Shown: positions 1 to 9,853 of the stretch, in pieces
Numbering within the stretch: the first letter of the stretch is position 1
How the letters are laid out: each line of letters starts with the position of its first letter
NCBI GenBank assembly: GCA_027623195.1
Contig: JAQBUT010000019.1
Location: forward strand, 1 to 64,000
Reading direction: 5' to 3'
Source: Chloroflexota bacterium
GTDB lineage: Bacteria; Chloroflexota; Dehalococcoidia; Lucifugimonadales; JADFKI01
Length of the DNA: 64,000 nt
Made by a program: the position numbers and the translations under genes
Notes under the pieces: generated by a model
Databases searched by the model: none
What the model was told of the DNA's origin: nothing
The model's input: the letters and a program-made list of their open reading frames with translations, nothing else

Positions 1-59
1 GAACCCTTCATCTTCGACGCGACACGTCCTGCCATGTCACTCTTTCGTAGGGTTGCCAT
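1..59 (-). CDS. HU-family DNA-binding protein, 5' end (runs off window)
   Basis: Minus strand reads MATLRKSDMAGRVASKMKG(S), resembling the HU N-terminal helix; strong RBS AGGAGG upstream. Only 19 codons visible. Confidence 0.6.
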   Translation of the reverse strand, partial: MATLRKSDMAGRVASKMKG

Positions 60-407
60 AAGTATGTACCCCCTCCTACAAAATTTAGCTTACAATACCT
101 CTAGTTCCCACTACGAAGGTATACACGGTCACGAATGCCGATGTCAAGCACTTTAAACTCGGTAATACCTGTTTATAGGCGCTTGTGGTTAATCAATGCT
201 TATGAAAACTATCAGCAAAATGCATAACACATTCCATTTACGAAGGTCATTTGGTTAAAATGCTACTAGGCCCGCTGGGTATGGGTACGGATTCCGCCGC
301 GTACCAGGTTCACCGTCACCCAGAATCACAACTTGGCCTCATGCTTTGGTTTCCACCCAGGCAGAACCTGTTCCACGCGCAAATAACATAGGGACAAGAG
401 GCAGAAA

Positions 408-1265
408 ATGCAACCGCAAATGATCGCAGATTATCGGTGCCAGGTAGGCGAAGGGCCGATGTGGCACCCAATTGAAAAGTGCGTTTACTGGGTAGACATT
501 CCAAAAGGACGCCTGTTCCGATACGACCCCAAATCCAACACTCACGAGATCTTTTTCGAAGGACCGCAGATCGGCGGCTTCACATTGCAGGCAGACGGCG
601 CACTGCTGCTCTGCATGGAAAAAGGGGCCATAGCGGTCCTGAGAAACGGGTTGCTGGAATACATCTTGGAAGAGATTCCTGCTGAGCGCGAGACCAGGTT
701 CAACGACGTTATAGCTGACCCGGCCGGGCGCGTGTTCTGCGGCACCATGCCGGCTCCGGACCACCCTGGAAGCCTATACAGACTAGACACGGACGGCTCT
801 ATAAGGCAGGTGCTCACGGGCATCGGCATATCCAATGGCATGGGCTTCGCGCCGGACGAAAAACAGATGTATTTCACAGATTCACCTACGCATAACATCT
901 ACATTTTCGACTACGACTTGGTTGGCGGAGAGTTGAGCAACCAGCGCGCCTTCGTAAACACCGGTGATAACGATGGGATACCCGACGGCATGACGGTTGA
1001 CGCCGAGGGGTACGTCTGGTCCGCCAGGTGGGACGGCTCATCCCTGGTGCGCTTCGCCCCCGACGGCAGACAGGACAGGCGAGTCTGGTTTCCCGCCCGA
1101 AAGGTCTCCAGCGTGGTTTTCGGCGGGGAGGACATGACGGACATGTATGTTACGACTGCCGGTGGGGAAGACAAGATGGGCGAAGGTCCGGGGGCGGGAT
1201 GCCTGTACCGAATCAACCTGGGCATCAAGGGCAAGCCTGAATACCTGTCCAGGGTCGGTCTTTAG
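408..1265 (+). CDS. SMP-30/gluconolactonase/LRE family sugar lactonase
   Basis: GEGPxW, RFND, ISNG and PDG motifs. Confidence 0.92.
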   Translation: MQPQMIADYRCQVGEGPMWHPIEKCVYWVDIPKGRLFRYDPKSNTHEIFFEGPQIGGFTLQADGALLLCMEKGAIAVLRNGLLEYILEEIPAERETRFNDVIADPAGRVFCGTMPAPDHPGSLYRLDTDGSIRQVLTGIGISNGMGFAPDEKQMYFTDSPTHNIYIFDYDLVGGELSNQRAFVNTGDNDGIPDGMTVDAEGYVWSARWDGSSLVRFAPDGRQDRRVWFPARKVSSVVFGGEDMTDMYVTTAGGEDKMGEGPGAGCLYRINLGIKGKPEYLSRVGL

Positions 1266-1514
1266 ACTGCCGCACCGCCCACCTGGGCTCTGCGCTGGTT
1301 AGCCCCTGTCGAATATTTGAGAAACAAACAAGCACGGCCTATTTTCCAATCTAAGGCCAAATTGGGTTGATTAGATCTTCGCAAGCGCGCCGCATAACTG
1401 TATGCTCAAAATGTGATTGCGCCCGCTTTGACCAAGTTTTTCTTCACATGATAAAATTAAGTCAAAATCCAGCACCTTATGTTTACTGCACACAACTTAA
1501 AGTAGGAGCTTTTC

Positions 1515-2273
1515 ATGTCAGGTCACTCTAAATGGTCGACAATCAAGCATGCGAAAGCCATTACCGATGCCCGTCGTGGCAAGCTGTTCACAAAGCTGAC
1601 CAAAGAAATCATCATCGCTGCCCGGCAAGGTGGAGCCGACACCGGCATGAACATTAGGCTCCGCATGGCCATGCAAAAGGCCAGGGACGCCAACATGCCC
1701 AAGGACAACATCGACCGAGCCATCAAGCGTGGCACTGGTGAGGGCGCAGAGGCCGACCTGATGGTCGAGTTCATTTACGAGGGGTACGGGCCCGGCGGTA
1801 CAGCCATACTTCTGGAGACCCTTAGCGATAACAAGAACCGTACCGTCTCCGATGTTCGTGCCACCCTGACCAAGGCCGGGGGAAACCTGGCCCAGTCCGG
1901 CGCAGTCGCGTGGCAGTTTCAGCAAAAAGGCGTCGTGGTTTTGGACGCCGACGAAAAAGCAGCCGAGGAATATACTCTGGTCGCGATAGACGCAGGGGCT
2001 GAGGACTTCGATTCCTTCGATTCCACGTTGCAGATTTTCTCCCCGCCTGAGCTTTTGGAGACGGTACGCAGCACCCTGTCCGAAAGCAACGCCTCCATCG
2101 TTTCGTCAGAGCTATCGATGATTCCAACGATCACCATTTCTCTTGACCAGAAAACCGCGATGCAGACGCTCCGTCTTCTCGATCTCCTGGAGGACCTTGA
2201 CGACGTTCAAAGGGTCTTCTCCAATGCCGACTTCCCTGACGAGGCAATGGAACAGTACCAGGGAGAGCAGTAA
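1515..2273 (+). CDS. yebC: YebC/PmpR family protein
   Basis: MSGHSKWSTIKH start, YEGYGPGG motif, AGGAG RBS, adjacent to ruvC. Confidence 0.97.
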   Translation: MSGHSKWSTIKHAKAITDARRGKLFTKLTKEIIIAARQGGADTGMNIRLRMAMQKARDANMPKDNIDRAIKRGTGEGAEADLMVEFIYEGYGPGGTAILLETLSDNKNRTVSDVRATLTKAGGNLAQSGAVAWQFQQKGVVVLDADEKAAEEYTLVAIDAGAEDFDSFDSTLQIFSPPELLETVRSTLSESNASIVSSELSMIPTITISLDQKTAMQTLRLLDLLEDLDDVQRVFSNADFPDEAMEQYQGEQ

Positions 2274-2281
2274 AAACCCGG

Positions 2282-2776
2282 ATGCGTGTTTTAGGGATAG
2301 ACCCCGGAACATTTAACATGGGCCTAGGCATTGTGGATACCGATGGGCCCGACATTCAACTGGCGCATGTGGACGTCTTGAAGGCCAAAAAAAACCTTCC
2401 GATAGCCGAGAGGCTTAGCCTACTCTACGCAGGCGTCCTGCAATGCATTGATGAGTGGAAGCCGACGGAAACGGCTATCGAGCAGCCCTTCGTGGCCCGC
2501 AACGTACGCTCGGCCATGGCTGTGGGCCAGGCCCAAGCTATCGCAATGCTAGCCGCCGCCAACCGAGGCATGAACGCATCCACCTATTCGCCCAGGGAGG
2601 TCAAGCAGGCGGTTACAGACTACGGAGGAAGCTCCAAGGAACAGGTCCAGGAGATGGTACGTGTCCTTCTTGGCCTACAGGATGCTCCGACGTCCTCTGA
2701 CGCCACAGATGCACTGGCGGTGGCCATTTGCCACGTCAATGCCAGCAGAGTGCAAGCCCTATCATTTCGAGACTGA
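2282..2776 (+). CDS. ruvC: Holliday junction resolvase RuvC
   Basis: LGIDPG, AIEQPF, VKQAVT and DATDALAVAICH motifs. Confidence 0.97.
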   Translation: MRVLGIDPGTFNMGLGIVDTDGPDIQLAHVDVLKAKKNLPIAERLSLLYAGVLQCIDEWKPTETAIEQPFVARNVRSAMAVGQAQAIAMLAAANRGMNASTYSPREVKQAVTDYGGSSKEQVQEMVRVLLGLQDAPTSSDATDALAVAICHVNASRVQALSFRD

Positions 2777-2800
2777 TCTTATCCAGGCAGGCTGAGTGAG

Positions 2801-3391
2801 TTGGTATCTTCTTTAATTTCCTCCGTCAGGGGCAAGCTTGAAGGCAAGGGCCCCGACTGGGCCGATGTTGCCGTGGGCGGCGTGACGTTCAGAGTCAATG
2901 TGCCCGGCTCCTCAGTGGAAATGCTGGGGCTAAGCGGTGATCTCGTGCAGTTGCACACATCGTTGCAGGTACGCGAGGACAGCTTGAACCTTTATGGCTT
3001 TCTTTCATACGAGGCTCGGCAGACCTTTGATACCCTAATAGGCATCAGCGGTGTAGGACCGCGCGTCGCTTTAAGCATACTGTCCACTTTCTCTCCGGCA
3101 TCCCTTGCAGCAGCGGTGGAAGGGAGCGACATTAAGGCCTTCACCGGTGTTTCCGGGGTCGGCAACAAGACGGCTAGTCGCATCATACTGGAGCTCAAAG
3201 GCAAACTAGACGACGCATTGGCCTTGGGCATGACATCTCCCGGATCAGACGACGCACTGGACGCATTGACATCGCTGGGGTATACCTCTGTGGAGGCGCG
3301 CCAGGCGCTCACCGCGGTCAACAGTGCGGGCGAGGCCACCTCTGTGGAGGACAGGGTCCGCCTGGCCCTCCAAGAGCTGGCCAGCGCTTAG
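2801..3391 (+). CDS. ruvA: Holliday junction branch migration protein RuvA
   Basis: VREDSLNLYGF, ISGVGPRVAL, GVGNKTASRIILELKGK; start codon uncertain. Confidence 0.95.
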   Translation: MVSSLISSVRGKLEGKGPDWADVAVGGVTFRVNVPGSSVEMLGLSGDLVQLHTSLQVREDSLNLYGFLSYEARQTFDTLIGISGVGPRVALSILSTFSPASLAAAVEGSDIKAFTGVSGVGNKTASRIILELKGKLDDALALGMTSPGSDDALDALTSLGYTSVEARQALTAVNSAGEATSVEDRVRLALQELASA

Positions 3392-3398
3392 CTCGCAG

Positions 3399-4172
3399 AT
3401 GGACTCTTCGCAATACGACTCCTGGGCTGCCATCTACGATTCCGTTTACTCCTACGTCCGAGAGGACATCCCCTTTTACATTGACGAAGCCGAAGCGGCG
3501 CAAGGCCCAGTGTTGGAGTTGGGCTGCGGCACAGGCCGAGTAACCATACCCATAGCGAACACTGGCCTGCCAATTGTTGGGCTGGACTTCTCCAAGGCCA
3601 TGTTGGATGTCGCCAGGGAGAAGGCTAAGGCCTTGGGCGGCCTGGACAACATGACGCTGGTGCACGGAGGTATGGCGGACTTCAGCATAGACGATAAGTT
3701 CGGTCTGGTAATCATTCCTTTTCGAGGATTTCTGTCCCTGCTGTCCGTGGAAGAGGAGATCAAAACTCTTGCCAATATCAAAAAACACCTGACACCCGGG
3801 GGGAAACTGGTCTTCAATATTTTCCTGCCCGATATACATATGATGGCGCAGGACTCCGACGTTCCCTACCACTTCCGAGACGTGGTAGACCCCGACACCG
3901 GGACGCGTTACGTGCTGTGGAACCAGACTAGTTACGATAATTACAGCCAGGTCATGAACATTCGCACTACCGTCGAGCAGACGGACGGAGACGCTATTGT
4001 TGTACGAAAGCTGTACCGCGATTTCCAACTTCGAAACATATTCCGGTGGGAGATGCACCACCTGCTAGTAAGCTGCGGTTACCAGGTCGATGACCTTTTT
4101 GGCGATTTCTCGCGGTCGGCTTTCGACGATGACAGCACCGAAATGGTGTGGGTCGCCTCTGTAGCTAATTGA
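3399..4172 (+). CDS. Class I SAM-dependent methyltransferase
   Basis: VLELGCGTGRV motif I; ATG at 3399 preferred over the ORF-track start, which overlaps ruvA. Confidence 0.88.
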   Translation: MDSSQYDSWAAIYDSVYSYVREDIPFYIDEAEAAQGPVLELGCGTGRVTIPIANTGLPIVGLDFSKAMLDVAREKAKALGGLDNMTLVHGGMADFSIDDKFGLVIIPFRGFLSLLSVEEEIKTLANIKKHLTPGGKLVFNIFLPDIHMMAQDSDVPYHFRDVVDPDTGTRYVLWNQTSYDNYSQVMNIRTTVEQTDGDAIVVRKLYRDFQLRNIFRWEMHHLLVSCGYQVDDLFGDFSRSAFDDDSTEMVWVASVAN

Positions 4173-4364
4173 ATTTCCTGGCCCCGGCATCTACCTCATG
4201 GGCGATGGCATCCAATAAACGGCCCTTCTGCTTTAGTGCATTCGTAAATATGGCAGCGACACTACCCTGGCGCCAAGGAAACGCGTTTTAATTTATGTGG
4301 ATAGCCCGCATCGCGAAATCCTCGGATCAATGACGTGCGTATGTCTGGGTATGGATAGGGAGAT

Positions 4365-5756
4365 ATGAATTCTTTAAGAATGAAAATAAAGATAAACGGC
4401 TTAATGGGGGTTTTTATTCCCGCTGTTCTGCTATTGGCCGTGGCATGCAGTGTTCCAGTGGCTGTCGCTCCGTCTGAGGAGAATATCGCCCCCACGACGG
4501 AGGAGATTACCGCCTCACAAACGGAATTGGCGTCGCCGGTTCAGACGTCGCTAAGCAAAGACACTTCTGCTTCTGCCCAACCTGGAGGCTCTGGTGCGGT
4601 GCCTGCCCCTTCATCCGCGCCGGCATCCGGACCTGCCCAATCTGCCAACACGCAGACCTCGCAGACGCTGTTGGACGTCGATGCAGTAGCCGCCGCCTTT
4701 GAAGAGGTCATCGGCAGGATACACGACGATGTGCTGCCGTCGGTCGTGCAAATTCAGGTTGCCCAAAAAGTCTCTACAGGAGAGGCCTTCCCAGACCCAA
4801 ACTTTCAGTCGCCTTTCGGCGTCCCGCCTCTCCCTAATCAGGAGGAACGCGACTTCTTCTTTCGAGAGGGAGAGGGCTCCGGCTTCGTATGGAGCGAGGA
4901 GGGGTACATCGTGACCAACCAGCATGTCGTTGCTGATGCCGACAGCGTGATCGTTATTTTCGCCAACGGCGTAGAGGTTGAGGGCGAAGTAGTAGGTGAA
5001 GACCCAGACTCCGATCTGGCTGTCGTGAAAGTGGACCTGCCCAAAGACATGCTGCCCCCCGTAAAGCTGGGCGACAGCAATAAAGTGCGTGTGGGGCAGA
5101 TCGCCGTAGCCATAGGCAACCCATTCGGCCAGGATTTCACCACCACTACAGGTATCATCAGTGCTATAGGCCGGACCATACGTAGTGGCAACACTCGTTT
5201 CTCGGTCCCGAAGGTCATACAGACTGACGCCCCAATAAATCCGGGCAATTCCGGTGGTCCTCTTCTAGATAGGCAGGGCAATGTCATCGGCATCAATACG
5301 CAGATAATCAGCCGGACAGGTGCGAGCACAGGCATTGGCTTCTCCGTGCCTATCAACACTGCCAAGCAGGTGGTGCCTGCCCTGATAGCGGATGGGGAAT
5401 TTACGTACGCTTGGCTGGGTATCAGCGGCACCGACCTGCGAAGGGAAGTCGCTGAGGCTATGGATATCGACCCAGGTGTAAAGGGCGCGCTGGTCATTGA
5501 TCTGACACCAGATGGACCTGCCGCAAATGCAGGCCTAAAAGGCAGCACCGACACGCAGGAAACGGAACGAGGACTCATACCCATCGGCGGAGACATCATA
5601 GTTGCTGTGGATGGGACCCCAATCGAGGACATGGATGGGTTGATCATCTACCTCATCGAAAGCACCAGGCCCGGCGACGTGGTATCGATGGACGTCATTC
5701 GCAGAGGTGGGGAAACGGCGGATATCGAGGTAACGCTGGGGTCCCGGCCAGAGTAG
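4365..5756 (+). CDS. HtrA/DegP-family serine protease with one PDZ domain, probable lipoprotein
   Basis: GSGF, TNQHV, DLAV, INPGNSGGPL; lipobox-like LAVAC; start uncertain. Confidence 0.93.
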   Translation: MNSLRMKIKINGLMGVFIPAVLLLAVACSVPVAVAPSEENIAPTTEEITASQTELASPVQTSLSKDTSASAQPGGSGAVPAPSSAPASGPAQSANTQTSQTLLDVDAVAAAFEEVIGRIHDDVLPSVVQIQVAQKVSTGEAFPDPNFQSPFGVPPLPNQEERDFFFREGEGSGFVWSEEGYIVTNQHVVADADSVIVIFANGVEVEGEVVGEDPDSDLAVVKVDLPKDMLPPVKLGDSNKVRVGQIAVAIGNPFGQDFTTTTGIISAIGRTIRSGNTRFSVPKVIQTDAPINPGNSGGPLLDRQGNVIGINTQIISRTGASTGIGFSVPINTAKQVVPALIADGEFTYAWLGISGTDLRREVAEAMDIDPGVKGALVIDLTPDGPAANAGLKGSTDTQETERGLIPIGGDIIVAVDGTPIEDMDGLIIYLIESTRPGDVVSMDVIRRGGETADIEVTLGSRPE

Positions 5757-5825
5757 AAAGCGGCGCATGTAATTAATCCGGAACAAGACAGCCTAACCCT
5801 GTCCGTAGGTTCATTCGTCGGCGAG

Positions 5826-6557
5826 ATGGCGTTAGGTATCGAATCAAAAACTCGAATTAGGAAGTTGGAATACATTTTGAATCTGACACGAGCAAGAACC
5901 TGGGGGGGCCTTCTCGGGGCGCTAATACTGACGGCAGCGTGCGGCTCCCAGGCCCCCGTTCAAGAGGCGGGCCCCTCCGCAGGCGTCGCCGCGCAACCGC
6001 CCCCGGCTGCCGAACCACTACTTACACCGACCGGCGTTGCCGAATTAGCCCCACCAGGCAGCACGGCAACCGGAGCGCCGTCCTCAACTGAAGCGCCACC
6101 AGTCGTCGTACAGACCGCAGATATCGGTCACACCGTTGGCGACCAAATCCCCGGCTTCGAGCTTACCCTCGTTGATGGCAGCAAATTCACATCTCAGGAC
6201 CTCATCTCCCAGGGCAGACCTGTATTCCTGTTCTTCACCGCGTCCTGGTGACGCGCATGCCGCGTTGAGTTACAGCGCATGAAAGAGATCCAACCGGAAT
6301 TCGCGGACAAAGTCTCGCTATACCTGGTAAGGGCTGACCCTTCGGAAGACCTGGAGTACCTCGAAGAGTATCGAAAGAAAAACGAATATCCGTGGCCTGT
6401 GTCGATTCCCGACGATGACATGCTGAGCAATTTCAGAGTCATCTCCCAATCGACTAAGGTAGCAGTCAACGGCGATGGCATCATCACGTACCGGGACGGA
6501 TATGGCCGTGGAGGCGACTCCTGGGAAGACGTATTCAGTGAGCTTGTATCCCAGTAG
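5826..6557 (+). CDS. Selenocysteine-containing TlpA/ResA-like thioredoxin-fold lipoprotein (UxxC), read through TGA 6249-6251
   Basis: ORFs 5826-6251 and 6279-6557 are in frame: FFTASW-TGA-RAC-RVELQRMKEIQ matches TlpA F-x-A-S-W-CxxC-x-x-E; lipobox LTAAC; hairpin after TGA; start uncertain. Confidence 0.88.
6256..6281 (+). promoter_or_regulatory. Putative bacterial SECIS
   Basis: GCGTTG(6262-67)/CAGCGC(6273-78) stem with one G-U pair, loop AGTTA starting 16 nt after the TGA; outer CAT/ATG pairing. Confidence 0.6.
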
Positions 6558-6595
6558 CCCACTGATCTGCGTTCCCGTAAACGTTCGGACAAACA

Positions 6596-6636
6596 AAAAG
6601 GCCGGCTGCGCTAACTTGAGCGCAGCCGGCCTTTTC
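6596..6636. terminator. Bidirectional intrinsic terminator
   Basis: AAAAGGCCGGCTGCGCT-aacttg-AGCGCAGCCGGCCTTTT between convergent genes. Confidence 0.9.
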
Positions 6637-6670
6637 TTTACTCATCGATTATTGCCAGAGAAGCCGGAGG

Positions 6671-8509
6671 TTACACCGCTGGCTGTGGGCTGCTGGCTGG
6701 TCCGCCCGTTAGCAGCTCCTGAAGCTCGCTGCCCTGTAACGTTTCCTGAACCTGTAGTTTCTCTGCCAAGCGGTGCAGCCTATCCTTGTTGGCATTTATG
6801 ACATCGCTGGCCTTGGCACGTGCTGACCCTAGCAGTCCAGATATCTCCGTATCGATCCTCTGGGCCACGGCGTCGCTGTAATTGTGTCCCTGAGAGAATT
6901 CTCTGCCCATGAAGACCTGACCCTGCCCACCAGAGAAGGTTCGCGGCCCCAGATTGGTGCTCATGCCGAACTCAGTCACCATTTTGCGGGCCACACTGGT
7001 AGCCTTCTCTATATCGCTGGATGCGCCAGTGGTAACGTCGCCAAAGATGATCTCCTCAGCGGCGTGGCCACCCATCATGACAGCCAGCATAGCCTCGAAC
7101 TGCCCTTTGGACCAGAGGTTGTGCTCCTCTACGGGAAGGGTTCGTGTGTGTCCACCGGACATCCCCCTGGCCACGATGGTGACCTTATGAACGGGGTCAG
7201 CCTCAGGCAACTGCGCCGCCACCAAGGCATGGCCCGCCTCGTGGTAAGCAACCAGCTTCTTCTCGTGGTCGCTAACCTTTCGGCTCTTGCGGGCTGGCCC
7301 GGCCACCACCCGGTCCACGGCCTCCTCGAACTCTTCGTACCCTATGATCGTCTTGCTCTGCCTGGCCGCCATAATGGCAGCCTCATTCACCAGGTTCGCC
7401 AGGTCTGCGCCGGTGAAGCCCGCTGTCTCTTTGGCGATGGTTGCCACATCCAGGTCCGGAGCAATAGGCTTGCCCTTCATGTGCACACCCAAAATGGCCT
7501 CCCGACCGCGCACATCCGGCGGGTCTATGAGCACACGCCTGTCGAAGCGGCCAGGGCGTACCAACGCCGGGTCCAGCACATCGGGCCTGTTTGTGGCGGC
7601 TATGATAATCACATTGGTGTTAACGTCGAAGCCATCCATCTCGACTAGAATCTGGTTGAGCGTCTGCTCCCGCTCGTCATGGCCCCCGCCGACACCTGAG
7701 CCGCGATGTCGGCCTATTGCGTCAATTTCATCGATGAACACCACTGACGGGGCGTTCTGCTTGGCCTTGTTGAAAAGATCACGCACTCTGCTAGCGCCCA
7801 CGCCAACGAACATCTCGACGAACTCGCTGCCGCTGGTGTTAAAGAAAGGCACACCCGCCTCACCGGCCACGGCCCTGCTTATCAGAGTCTTACCGGTGCC
7901 GGGTAGGCCAACCATCAACACTCCCTTGGGAATCTTGGCGCCCAACTTTGTGAACTTCTCAGGGTTTTGGAGGAACTCAACGACCTCCATAAGCTCTTGC
8001 TTAGCCTCGTCCGCGCCGGCTACGTCATCAAAGCGAACCTGTGGGCTATCAGTGACCTGTCGTGCCTTCGTGCGACCTACGGTCAAAGCCTGGTTAATGC
8101 CGCCCTGGGAACGACGCATCATGTAAAAAATGAGTCCCCCGAAAAGCAGGATAGGCAGCAACGAAAACACAATAGAAATGAAGGATGTCCCCTGTGACTT
8201 CACGCGGACATCTATTCCGCGGGCTGTCGCGTTAACGCCCTGGGTTTCCAGCATCTCAAGAACGCTGGTCCCCGGCTCTTTTCTGGACTTCAGCAGGCCA
8301 CCCGAGATGGTGGTGATAGCCAGGTCATCCCCGGACACCTCTATGGTCTGAATTTCGCCGGATGCAGCTAGTTGAGCAACCCTGCTAATCTCTACTTCCT
8401 CGCCCGCCGCACCTCGCGGGATGGCAAAAAAGAGCAAAAGTAGTAGCAGCGCACCGCCTATCAGAATCCACTGCATGGGATTCACTGAGCGTCGTGGCGG
8501 TTGGTTCAT
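6671..8509 (-). CDS. ftsH: ATP-dependent zinc metalloprotease FtsH
   Basis: Two TM segments, GLPGTGKT Walker A, VFIDEID, HEAGH zinc motif. Confidence 0.97.
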   Translation of the reverse strand: MNQPPRRSVNPMQWILIGGALLLLLLFFAIPRGAAGEEVEISRVAQLAASGEIQTIEVSGDDLAITTISGGLLKSRKEPGTSVLEMLETQGVNATARGIDVRVKSQGTSFISIVFSLLPILLFGGLIFYMMRRSQGGINQALTVGRTKARQVTDSPQVRFDDVAGADEAKQELMEVVEFLQNPEKFTKLGAKIPKGVLMVGLPGTGKTLISRAVAGEAGVPFFNTSGSEFVEMFVGVGASRVRDLFNKAKQNAPSVVFIDEIDAIGRHRGSGVGGGHDEREQTLNQILVEMDGFDVNTNVIIIAATNRPDVLDPALVRPGRFDRRVLIDPPDVRGREAILGVHMKGKPIAPDLDVATIAKETAGFTGADLANLVNEAAIMAARQSKTIIGYEEFEEAVDRVVAGPARKSRKVSDHEKKLVAYHEAGHALVAAQLPEADPVHKVTIVARGMSGGHTRTLPVEEHNLWSKGQFEAMLAVMMGGHAAEEIIFGDVTTGASSDIEKATSVARKMVTEFGMSTNLGPRTFSGGQGQVFMGREFSQGHNYSDAVAQRIDTEISGLLGSARAKASDVINANKDRLHRLAEKLQVQETLQGSELQELLTGGPASSPQPAV

Positions 8510-8788
8510 TTATATTCTCCTAATACCGTGGTCAATAAGTACAACGTGGAGGGCGGAACAAGGTTGCTGTTCTGCCCAGCGAATCTCAGTCCTTGTGATG
8601 TGTGTACTTCCAGAGATGGGCTAAACCCTAGCATGATAATGGCCTATCATGCACCGCTTTAGCAAGATGCCCTTAAGGTTATCGTTAATCCCGAAAGCAG
8701 TCATTTTAAACGTGATTCCAGTGTCGTTCTAGTGTGAACGCAGCCTCCTTGCGACGATAGCCCAGAGCGGCGCAACCGGTTGGTGACT

Positions 8789-9697
8789 CTATTCGGCTTT
8801 CTTAACCGCATGACCGCCAAACTGGTTCCTCATGGCGGCGAGTAATTTCGACCCGTACGGCTGCTCCTGCCTGGATCTGAAGCGCGCCTGCAGCGAAAGG
8901 GTGATGACGGGTATAGGAACACCTAGCTCCACAGACTCGTCGACGGTCCAGCGGCCTTCGCCGGAGTCATCTACGTATGCCTGTATGCCCTGAAGCTCGG
9001 CATCCTCCTCGAGGGCAGCGGCCGTCAAATCGAGCAGCCAAGAACGCACTACGCTGCCATGCCGCCATATCTGGGAAATCTGCGCAAGGTCCAGGTCCAA
9101 CTCTTCCTTCGCCTTCATCAACTCGAAGCCTTCCGCGTACGCCTGCATGAGGCCGTATTCGACTCCATTGTGTACCATCTTGACGAAGTGGCCTGCGCCA
9201 GCCGGTCCCACATGACCGTATCCCTTGTCCACGGCAGGTGCCAATGTCTGGAATATAGGCTCCAACCGATGGAAAGTCTCGGCCTCGCCCCCTATCATCA
9301 TACTATAGCCTTCAGTGAGACCCCAAATCCCACCGCTAGTCCCCACGTCCATGAACGACAAACCACGTTCTTTCAGGGAGGCGGCGCGCCGGATGCTGTC
9401 CTTGTAATTGGCGTTGCCCCCATCAAGCACAACATCGCCAGGAGAAAGCACATCGGCCAACTGGTCTATGGTCGATTGTGTGATATCTCCAGCAGGCACC
9501 ATAACCCAGACGGCTCGGGGTGAAGCTAATTCGGAAACAAGCTCGCTCAGTGAGACTACTGCTTCCCCACCGGCGTTTATTATCGATTCGCGAGCCTCTT
9601 CGCTGGGATCGAAGGCTACGACCTTGTGGCCGCCGTTAATGAGACGTTGCGCCATATTGCCGCCCATGCGACCAAGACCAACCATGCCCAGTTCCAT
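8789..9697 (-). CDS. gnd: 6-phosphogluconate dehydrogenase, short (YqeC-like) form
   Basis: MELGMVGLGRMG, DVGTSGG, HFVKMVHNGVEYG, RNQFGGH; ATG at 9697. Confidence 0.95.
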   Translation of the reverse strand: MELGMVGLGRMGGNMAQRLINGGHKVVAFDPSEEARESIINAGGEAVVSLSELVSELASPRAVWVMVPAGDITQSTIDQLADVLSPGDVVLDGGNANYKDSIRRAASLKERGLSFMDVGTSGGIWGLTEGYSMMIGGEAETFHRLEPIFQTLAPAVDKGYGHVGPAGAGHFVKMVHNGVEYGLMQAYAEGFELMKAKEELDLDLAQISQIWRHGSVVRSWLLDLTAAALEEDAELQGIQAYVDDSGEGRWTVDESVELGVPIPVITLSLQARFRSRQEQPYGSKLLAAMRNQFGGHAVKKAE

Positions 9698-9853
9698 AGT
9701 CCGGTTCTCCCCGTTTAAGCTTCCCAAAGGTATTGTCCCAGATTTTGTTGGCCTGGCATAGTTATCAAAACAGCAGGTCGATATTTCACGTGCGATGAGG
9801 CATATGAACGGCACCCAGAGCGCCTGATTCGAACTTGGCTGGGGACCAGAGGC

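Noticed and set aside
293..301. TCCGCCGCG as a further copy of the 14-nt palindrome
   Set aside because: Only 9 nt match, which is expected by chance in GC-rich DNA.
6279..6557. Stand-alone small ORFs 6279-6557 and 47416-47634
   Set aside because: They are the C-terminal parts of Sec read-through genes.
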